DNA from: Utricularia gibba
Lineage: Eukaryota; Plantae; Magnoliophyta
Direction of reading: 5' to 3'
Assembly: GCA_002189035.1 (NCBI GenBank)
Contig: NEEC01000341.1
Location: forward strand, 1-19,021
DNA: 19,021 bases
Part shown: in pieces, positions 1 through 8,930 of the stretch
Position numbering within the stretch: position 1 is the stretch's first letter
Layout: each line of letters starts with the position of its first letter
Notes under the pieces: model-generated
Seen by the model: only the letters and a program-made list of their open reading frames with translations
Database searches by the model: none
What the model was told of the DNA's origin: nothing
Position numbers and translations under genes: made by a program

Positions 1-509
1 AGGTTCGGTCTGACTCCTTTGCCACATCGGGTCCTACTCGACGAAAATCGTGATGCAGTTATTGAAGTTAGGATTTCATGAGCACCCAAATGTGGTTTCT
101 CAAGCATGCTTTATATTTGATAAGGTGCTCTCGTGGGGCAACGGTATCGAGTAGGAGGTCGAGTCGAGCTCGGCCCATAGTCATTTGTAGCTCGGCAAAA
201 AACTTGATGCATTTATTAACGGTTGGTTTTAATAGGCTGCCTCAATGGTTTTCTCAAGGAAAAGCTTGTCGTTTTTGGGCGGGTGATGTCGTTGTGAACT
301 TCGTTCTGACCCAAGGTTCGGTCTGTCTCCTTTGCCAATCTGGTCCTACTCGACGAAAATCGTGATGCAGTTATTGAAGTTAGGATTTCATGAGCACCCA
401 AAATGCTTTTTCGCATGCTTTGTAGTTGAGGAGGCGCTCTAGTGGGGCACGGTATCGGCAAAAGGTCGAGTCGGGCTCGCAAGAGTCATTTTTAGCCCGT
501 CAAAAAAAT

Positions 510-821
510 TGATGCATTTATTAACGTTGGGTTTTAATAGGCTGCCTACATGGTTTCTCAAGGAAAAGCTTGTCGTTTCTGGGCGGGTGATGTCTTTTGG
601 AACTTCGTTCTGACCATAGGTTCGGTCTGACTCTTTGCCACATCGGGTCCTACTCGACGAAAATCGTGATGCAGTTATTGAAGTTAGGATTTCATGAGCA
701 CCCAAAATGGTTTTCTCAACCGCATGCTTTATATTTGATAAGGTGCTCTCGTGGGGCAACGGTATCGAGTAGGAGGTCGAGTCGAGCTCGGGCCTAGTCA
801 TTTGTAGCTCGGCAAAAAACT
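510..821. repeat. Example of the internal ~155-bp subunit pair: beta 510-666, alpha 667-821
   Basis: 510-561 (TGATGCATTTATTAACGTTGGGTTTTAATAGGCTGCCTACATGGTTTCTCAA) aligns with 667-719 (TGATGCAGTTATTGAAGTTAGGATTTCATGAGCACCCAAAATGGTTTTCTCAA) at 40 of 53 positions by hand. Subunit starts at 510, 667 and 822 give spacings of 157 and 155 bp. Confidence 0.88.
646..709. other. 64-bp block nearly invariant across all unit types (example copy)
   Basis: GGTCCTACTCGACGAAAATCGTGATGCAGTTATTGAAGTTAGGATT(T)CATGAGCACCCAAAATG is the same in A, B and right-hand units apart from homopolymer length and rare single-copy changes. Confidence 0.85.
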
Positions 822-3800
822 TGATGCATTTATTAACGGTTGGTTTTAATAGGCTGCCTCAATGGTTTTCTCAAGGAAAAGCTTGTCGTTTTTGGGCGGG
901 TGATGTCGTTGTGAACTTCGTTCTGACCCAAGGTTCGGTCTGTCTCCTTTGCCAATCTGGTCCTACTCGACGAAAATCGTGATGCAGTTATTGAAGTTAG
1001 GATTTCATGAGCACCCAAAATGCTTTTTCAATCGCATGCTTTGTATTGAGGAGGCGCTCTAGTGGGGCACGGTATCGGCAAAAGGTCGAGTCGGGCTCGC
1101 CAGAGTCATTTGTAGCCCGGCAAAAAAATTGATGCATTTATTAACGTTGGTTTTAATAGGCTGCCTACATGTTTCTCAAGGAAAAGCTTGTCGTTTTTGG
1201 GCGGGTGATGTCTTTGGAACTTCGTTCTGACCATAGGTTCGGTCTGACTCCTTTGCCACATCGGGTCCTACTCGACGAAAATCGTGATGCAGTTATTGAA
1301 GTTAGGATTCATGAGCACCAAAATGGTTTTCTCAACCGCATGCTTTATATTTGATAAGGCACTCTCGTGGGGCAACGGTATCGAGCAGGAGGTCGAGTCG
1401 AGCTCGGGCCCATAGTCATTTGTAGCCCGGCAAAAAATTGATGCATTTATTAACGTTGGTTTTAATAGGCTGCCTCAATGTTTTTTCTCAAGGAAAAGCT
1501 TGTCGTTTTTGGGCGGGTGATGTCGTTGTGAACTTCGTTCTGACCCAAGGTTCGGTCTGTCTCCTTTGCCAAATCTGGTCCTACTCGACGAAAATCGTGA
1601 TGCAGTTATTGAAGTTAGGATTTCATGAGCACCCAAAATGCTTTTTCAATCGCATGCTTTGTAGTTGAGGAGGCGCTCTAGTGGGGCACGGTATCGGGCA
1701 GGTCGAGTCGGGCTCGCTCCAGAGTCATTTTTAGCCTGTCAAAAAAAGTGATGCATTTATTAACGTTGGGTTTTAATAGGCTGCCTACATGGTTTCTCAA
1801 GGAAAAGCTTGTCGTTTCTGGGCGGTGATGTCTTTTGGAACTTCGTTCTGACCATAGGTTCGGTCTGACTCCTTTGCCACATCGGGTCCTACTCGACGAA
1901 AATCGTGATGCAGTTATTGAAGTTAGGATTTCATGAGCACCCAAAATGGTTTTCTCAACCGCATGCTTTATATTTGATAAGGTGCTCTCGTGGGGCAACG
2001 GTATCGAGTAGGAGGTCGAGTCGAGCTCGGGCCCATAGTCATTTGTAGCTCGGCAAAAAACTTGATGCATTTATTAACGTTGGTTTAATAGGCTGCCTCA
2101 ATGGTTTTCTCAAGGAAAAGCTTGTCGTTTTGGCGGGTGATGTCGTTGTGAACTTCGTTCTGACCCAAGGTTCGGTCTGTCTCCTTTGCCAAATCTGGTC
2201 CTACTCGACGAAAATCGTGATGCAGTTATTGAAGTTAGGATTTCATGAGCACCCAAAATGCTTTTTCAACGCATGCTTTGTATTGAGGAGGCGCTCTAGT
2301 GGGGCACGGTATCGAGCAGGAGGTCGAGTCGAGCTCGGGCCCAGAGTCATTTGTAGCTCGGCAAAAAACTTGATGCATTTATTAACGTTGGGTTTTAATA
2401 GGCTGCCTACATGTTTCTCAAGGAAAAGCTTGTCGTTTTTGGGCGGGTGATGTCGTTGGAACTTCGTTCTGACCAAGGTTCGGTCTGACTCCTTTGCCAC
2501 ATCGGGTCCTACTCGACGAAAATCGTGATGCAGTTATTGAAGTTAGGATTTCATGAGCACCCAAAATGGTTTTCTCAACCGCATGCTTTATATTTGATAA
2601 GGTGCTCTCGTGGGGCAACGGTATCGAGTAGGAGGTCGAGTCGAGCTCGGGCCATAGTCATTTGTAGCTCGGCAAAAAACTTGATGCATTTATTAACGGT
2701 TGGTTTTAATAGGCTGCCTCAATGGTTTTCTCAAGGAAAAGCTTGTCGTTTTTGGGCGGGTGATGTCGTTGTGAACTTCGTTCTGACCAAGGTTCGGTCT
2801 GTCTCCTTTGCCAAATCTGGTCCTACTCGACGAAAATCGTGATGCAGTTATTGAAGTTAGGATTTCATGAGCACCCAAAATGCTTTTTCTCAATCGCATG
2901 CTTTGTATTGAGGAGGCGCTCTAGTGGGGCACGGTATCGAGCAAAAGGTCGAGTCGGGCTCGCTGAGTCATTTTAGCCGGCAAAAAATTGATGCATTTAT
3001 TAACGTTGGGTTTTAATAGGCTGCCTACATGGTTTCTCAAGGAAAGCTTGTCGTTTCTGGGCGGTGATGTCTTTTGGAACTTCGTTCTGACCAAGGTTCG
3101 GTCTGACTCCTTTGCACATCGGGTCCTACTCGACGAAAATCGTGATGCAGTTATTGAAGTTAGGATTTCATGAGCACCCAAAATGGTTTTCTCAACCGCA
3201 TGCTTTATATTTGATAAGGTGCTCTCGTGGGGCAACGGTATCGAGTAGGAGGTCGAGTCGAGCTCGGGCCCATAGTCATTTGTAGCTCGGCAAAAAACTT
3301 GATGCATTTATTAACGGTTGGTTTTAATAGGCTGCCTCAATGGTTTTCTCAAGGAAAAGCTTGTCGTTTTTGGGCGGGTGATGTCGTTGTGAACTTCGTT
3401 CTGACCCAAGGTTCGGTCTGTCTCCTTTGCCAAATCTGGTCCTACTCGACGAAAATCGTGATGCAGTTATTGAAGTTAGGATTTCATGAGCACCCAAAAT
3501 GCTTTTCAATCGCATGCTTTAGTTGAGGAGGCGCTCTAGTGGGGCACGGTATCGGAAAAGGTCGAGTCGGGCTCGCCCAGAGTCATTTTTAGCCTGGCAA
3601 AAAGTGATGCATTTATTAACGTTGGGTTTTAATAGGCTGCCTACATGGTTTCTCAAGGAAAAGCTTGTCGTTTCTGGGCGGGTGATGTCTTTTGGAACTT
3701 CGTTCTGACCATAGGTTCGGTCTGACTCCTTTGCCACATCGGGTCCTACTCGACGAAAATCGTGATGCAGTTATTGAAGTTAGGATTTCATGAGCACCCA

Positions 3801-6800
3801 AAATGGTTTTCTCAACCGCATGCTTTATATTTGATGCTCTCGTGGGGCAACGGTATCGAGTAGGAGGTCGAGTCGAGCTCGGGCCCATAGTCATTTGTAG
3901 CTCGGCAAAAAACTTGATGCATTTATTAACGGTTGGTTTTAATAGGCTGCCTCAATGGTTTTCTCAAGGAAAAGCTTGTCGTTTTTGGGCGGGTGATGTC
4001 GTTGTGAACTTCGTTCTGACCCAAGGTTCGGTCTGTCCTTTGCTGGTCCTACTCGACGAAAATCGTGATGCAGTTATTGAAGTTAGGATTTCATGAGCAC
4101 CCAAAATGCTTTTTCAATCGCATGCTTTGTAGTTGAGGAGGCGCTCTAGTGGGGCACGGTATCGGGCAAAAGGTCGAGTCGGGCTCGGCAGAGTCATTTG
4201 TAGCCCGGCAAAAAAATTGATGCATTTATTAACGTTGGTTTAATAGGCTGCCTACATGTTTCTCAAGGAAAAGCTTGTCGTTTCTGGGCGGTGATGTCGT
4301 TTGGAACTTCGTTCTGACCATAGGTTCGGTCTGACTCCTTTGCCACATCGGGTCCTACTCGACGAAAATCGTGATGCAGTTATTGAAGTTAGGATTTCAT
4401 GAGCACCCAAAATGGTTTTCTCAACCGCATGCTTTATATTTGATAAGGCACTCTCGTGGGGCAACGGTATCGAGCAGGAGGTCGAGTCGAGCTCGGGCCA
4501 GAGTCATTTGTAGCTCGGCAAAAAAATTGATGCATTTATTAACGTTGGTTTTAATAGGCTGCCAATGGTTTTCTCAAGGAAAAGCTTGTCGTTTTTGGGC
4601 GGGTGATGTCGTTGGAACTTCGTTCTGACCCAAGGTTCGGTCTGTCTCCTTTGCCAATCTGGTCCTACTCGACGAAAATCGTGATGCAGTTATTGAAGTT
4701 AGGATTTCATGAGCACCCAAAATGCTTTTGTCAATCGCATGCTTTGTAGTTGAGGAGGCGCTCTAGTGGGGCACGGTATCGGGCAAAAGGTCGAGTCGGG
4801 CTCGCTCCCAGAGTCATTTGTAGCCCAAAAAAATTGATGCATTTATTAACGTTGGGTTTTAATAGGCTGCCTACATGGTTTCTCAAGGAAAAGCTTGTCG
4901 TTTCTGGGGGTGATGTCTTTTCTTCGACCATAGGTTCGGTCTGACTCCTTTGCCACATCGGGTCCTACTCGACGAAAATCGTGATGCAGTTATTGAAGTT
5001 AGGATTTCATGAGCACCCAAAATGGTTTTCTCAACCGCATGCTTTATATTTGATAAGGTGCTCTCGTGGGGCAACGGTATCGAGTAGGAGGTCGAGTCGA
5101 GCTCGGGCCCATAGTCATTTGTAGCTCGGCAAAAAACTTGATGCATTTATTAACGGTTGGTTTTAATAGGCTGCCTCAATGGTTTTCTCAAGGAAAAGCT
5201 TGTCGTTTTGGGCGGGTGATGTCGTTGTGAACTTCGTTCTGACCCAAGGTTCGGTCTGTCTCCTTTGCCAAATCTGGTCCTACTCGACGAAAATCGTGAT
5301 GCAGTTATTGAAGTTAGGATTTCATGAGCACCCAAAATGCTTTTAATCGCATGCTTTGTATTGAGGAGGCGCTCTAGTGGGGCACGGTATCGGGCAAAAG
5401 GTCGAGTCGGGCTCGCCCAGAGTCATTTGTAGCCCAAAAAAATGATGCATTTATTAACGTTGGGTTTTAATAGGCTGCCTACATGGTTTCTCAAGGAAAA
5501 GCTTGTCGTTTCTGGGCGGGTGATGTCTTTTGGAACTTCGTTCTGACCATAGGTTCGGTCTGACTCCTTTGCCACATCGGGTCCTACTCGACGAAAATCG
5601 TGATGCAGTTATTGAAGTTAGGATTTCATGAGCACCCAAAATGGTTTTCTCAACCGCATGCTTTATATTTGATAAGGCACTCTCGTGGGGCAACGGTATC
5701 GAGCAGGAGGTCGAGTCGAGCTCGGGCCAGAGTCATTTGTAGCCCGGCAAAAAAAATTGATGCATTTATTAACGTTGGTTTTAATAGGCTGCCTCAATGG
5801 TTTTCTCAAGGAAAAGCTTGTCGTTTTTGGGCGGGTGATGTCGTTGGAACTTCGTTCTGACCCAAGGTTCGGTCTGTCTCCTTTGCCAAATCTGGTCCTA
5901 CTCACGAAAATCGTGATGCAGTTATTGAAGTTAGGATTTCATGAGCACCCAAAATGCTTTTCAATCGCATGCTTTGTATTGAGGAGGCGCTCTAGTGGGG
6001 CACGGTATCGGGCAAAAGGTCGAGTCGGGCTCGCTCCAGAGTCATTTTTAGCCCGTCAAAAAAATGATGCATTTATTAACGTTGGGTTTTAATAGGCTGC
6101 CTACATGGTTTCTCAAGGAAAAGCTTGTCGTTTCTGGGCGGGTGATGTCTTTTGGAACTTCGTTCTGACCATAGGTTCGGTCTGACTCCTTTGCCACATC
6201 GGGTCCTACTCGACGAAAATCGTGATGCAGTTATTGAAGTTAGGATTCATGAGCACCCAAAATGGTTTTCTCAACCGCATGCTTTATATTTGATAAGGCA
6301 CTCTCGTGGGGCAACGGTATCGAGCAGGAGGTCGAGTCGAGCTCGGGCCATAGTCATTTGTAGCTCGGCAAAAAACTTGATGCATTTATTAACGTTGGTT
6401 TTAATAGGCTGCCTCAATGGTTTTCTCAAGGAAAAGCTTGTCGTTTTTGGGCGGGTGATGTCGTTGGAACTTCGTTCTGACCCAAGGTTCGGTCTGTCTC
6501 CTTTGCCAAATCTGGTCCTACTCGACGAAAATCGTGATGCAGTTATTGAAGTTAGGATTTCATGAGCACCCAAAATGCTTTTTCAATCGCATGCTTTGTA
6601 GTTGAGGAGGCGCTCTAGTGGGGCACGGTATCGGGCAAAAGGTCGAGTCGGGCTCGCTCCAGAGTCATTTTTAGCCGTCAAAAAAAGTGATGCATTTATT
6701 AACGTTGGTTTTAATAGGCTGCCTACATGGTTTCTCAAGGAAAAGCTTGTCGTTTCTGGGCGGTGATGTCTTTTGGAACTTCGTTCTGACCATAGGTTCG

Positions 6801-8064
6801 GTCTGACTCCTTTGCCACATCGGGTCCTACTCGACGAAAATCGTGATGCAGTTATTGAAGTTAGGATTTCATGAGCACCCAAAATGGTTTTCTCAACCGC
6901 ATGCTTTATATTTGATAAGGTGCTCTCGTGGGGCAACGGTATCGAGTAGGAGGTCGAGTCGAGCTCGGGCCCATAGTCATTTGTAGCTCGGCAAAAAACT
7001 TGATGCATTTATTAACGTTGGTTTTAATAGGCTGCCTCAATGGTTTTCTCAAGGAAAAGCTTGTCGTTTTGGGCGGTGATGTCGTTGTGAACTTCGTTCT
7101 GACCCAAGGTTCGGTCTGTCTCCTTTGCCAAATCTGGTCCTACTCGACGAAAATCGTGATGCAGTTATTGAAGTTAGGATTTCATGAGCACCCAAAATGC
7201 TTTTAAATCGCATGCTTTGTATTGAGGAGGCTCTCTAGTGGGCACGGTATCGGGAAAAGGTCGAGTCGGGCTCGCCAGAGTCATTTTTAGCGGCAAAAAA
7301 ATTGATGCATTTATTAACGTTGGGTTTTAATAGGCTGCCTACATGTTTCTCAAGGAAAAGCTTGTCGTTTCTGGGCGGGTGATGTCTTGGAACTTCGTTC
7401 TGACCATAGGTTCGGTCTGACTCCTTTGCCACATCGGGTCCTACTCGACGAAAATCGTGATGCAGTTATTGAAGTTAGGATTTCATGAGCACCCAAAATG
7501 GTTTTCTCAACCGCATGCTTTATATTTGATAAGGCACTCTCGTGGGGCAACGGTATCGAGCAGGAGGTCGAGTCGAGCTCGGGCCATAGTCATTTGTAGC
7601 TCGGCAAAAAAATTGATGCATTTATTAACGGTTGGTTTTAATAGGCTGCCTCAATGGTTTTCTCAAGGAAAAGCTTGTCGTTTTTGGGCGGGTGATGTCG
7701 TTGGAACTTCGTTCTGACCCAAGGTTCGGTCTGTCTCCTTTGCCAAATCTGGTCCTACTCGACGAAAATCGTGATGCAGTTATTGAAGTTAGGATTTCAT
7801 GAGCACCCAAAATGCTTTTTCAATCGCATGCTTTGTAGTTGAGGAGGCGCTCTAGTGGGGCACGGTATCGGCAAAAGGTCGAGTCGGGCTCGCTCCCAGA
7901 GTCATTTTAGCCTGGCAAAAAAATGATGCATTTATTAACGTTGGGTTTTAATAGGCTGCCTACATGGTTTCTCAAGGAAAAGCTTGTCGTTTCTGGGCGG
8001 GTGATGTCTTTTGGAACTTCGTTCTGACCATAGGTTCGGTCTGACTCCTTTGCCACATCGGGTC

Positions 8065-8930
8065 CTACTCGACGAAAATCGTGATGCAGTTATTGAAGTT
8101 AGGATTCATGAGCACCCAAAATGGTTTTCTCAACCGCATGCTTTATATTTGATAAGGCACTCTCGTGGGGCAACGGTATCGAGCAGGAGGTCGAGTCGAG
8201 CTCGGGCCCAGAGTCATTTGTAGCCCGGCAAAAAAATTGATGCATTTATTAACGTTGGTTTTAATAGGCTGCCTACATGGTTTCTCAAGGAAAAGCTTGT
8301 CGTTTCTGGGCGGGTGATGTCTTTTGGAACTTCGTTCTGACCAAGGTTCGGTCTGACTCCTTTGCCACATCGGGTCCTACTCGACGAAAATCGTGATGCA
8401 GTTATTGAAGTTAGGATTTCATGAGCACCCAAAATGGTTTTCTCAACCGCATGCTTTATATTTGATAAGGTGCTCTCGTGGGGCAACGGTATCGAGTAGG
8501 AGGTCGAGTCGAGCTCGGGCCCATAGTCATTTGTAGCTCGGCAAAAAACTTGATGCATTTATTAACGTTGGTTTTAATAGGCTGCCTACATGGTTTTCTC
8601 AAGGAAAAGCTTGTCGTTTTTGGGCGGTGATGTCTTTTGGAACTTCGTTCTGACCATAGGTTCGGTCTGACTCCTTTGCCACATCGGGTCCTACTCGACG
8701 AAAATCGTGATGCAGTTATTGAAGTTAGGATTCATGAGCACCCAAAATGGTTTTCTCAACCGCATGCTTTATATTTGATAAGGCACTCTCGTGGGGCAAC
8801 GGTATCGAGCAGGAGGTCGAGTCGAGCTCGGGCCCAGTCATTTGTAGCCCGGCAAAAAATTGATGCATTTATTAACGTTGGTTTTAATAGGCTGCCTACA
8901 TGTTTTCAAGGAAAAGCTTGTCGTTTTGGG
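8065..8930. repeat. Monomeric ~312-bp units (alpha-A plus beta-B-like) right after the HOR domain
   Basis: Units at 8065, 8377 and 8691 all have the A-type alpha half (GGTTTTCTCAACCGC, GAGCTCGGGCCC). Their beta halves carry mainly B alleles (CTACATG, CTGACTCC...ACATCGGG). Confidence 0.88.

Larger units (their letters stand above)
34..8064. repeat. Dimeric higher-order repeat domain: 13 A+B pairs, mean period ~618 bp
   Basis: A units start at 34, 650, 1268, 1889, 2509, 3126, 3746, 4355, 4965, 5584, 6206, 6827 and 7441. They carry AAAATGGTTTTCTCAACCGC, GAGCTCGGGCCC, CTCAATGG and CTGTCTCC...AAATCTGG. B units start at 346, 963, 1581, 2201, 2823, 3442, 4049, 4665, 5280, 5898, 6518, 7140 and 7755. 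They carry AAAATGCTTTTTCAATCGC, GAGGAGGCGCTCTAG, GCAAAAGG, CTACATGG and CTGACTCC...ACATCGGG. (8065-34)/13 = 618 bp. Confidence 0.95.

Noticed and set aside
66-71. TTAGG telomere-like motif
   Set aside because: It occurs as isolated copies within the unit with no tandem run, which is expected by chance.
1-345. 5S rDNA, tRNA or SL-RNA tandem gene array (a 300-bp period is typical)
   Set aside because: No match to the 5S coding sequence on either strand. GGTTCGGTC lacks the GTTCRA T-loop/B-box consensus, and no cloverleaf can be drawn. I recognise no spliced-leader sequence.
646-709. Constant block separated by variable sequence, CRISPR-like
   Set aside because: The intervening ~245 bp are homologous to one another rather than unique spacers. 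Both lengths are far outside the CRISPR range, and no cas genes are present.
2453-2461. TCGTTGGAA resembles the 5' part of the mammalian CENP-B box (YTTCGTTGGAARCGGGA)
   Set aside because: The essential TTCG reads GTCG here, the CGGG core is absent, and the motif occurs in only some beta variants.
34-8064. Rolling-circle concatemer of a viroid-like circle or a hammerhead-ribozyme satellite
   Set aside because: I found no CTGANGA hammerhead core on either strand of the consensus unit and no rod-like self-complementarity. Substitution subtypes change along the array, which a single template circle would not produce.
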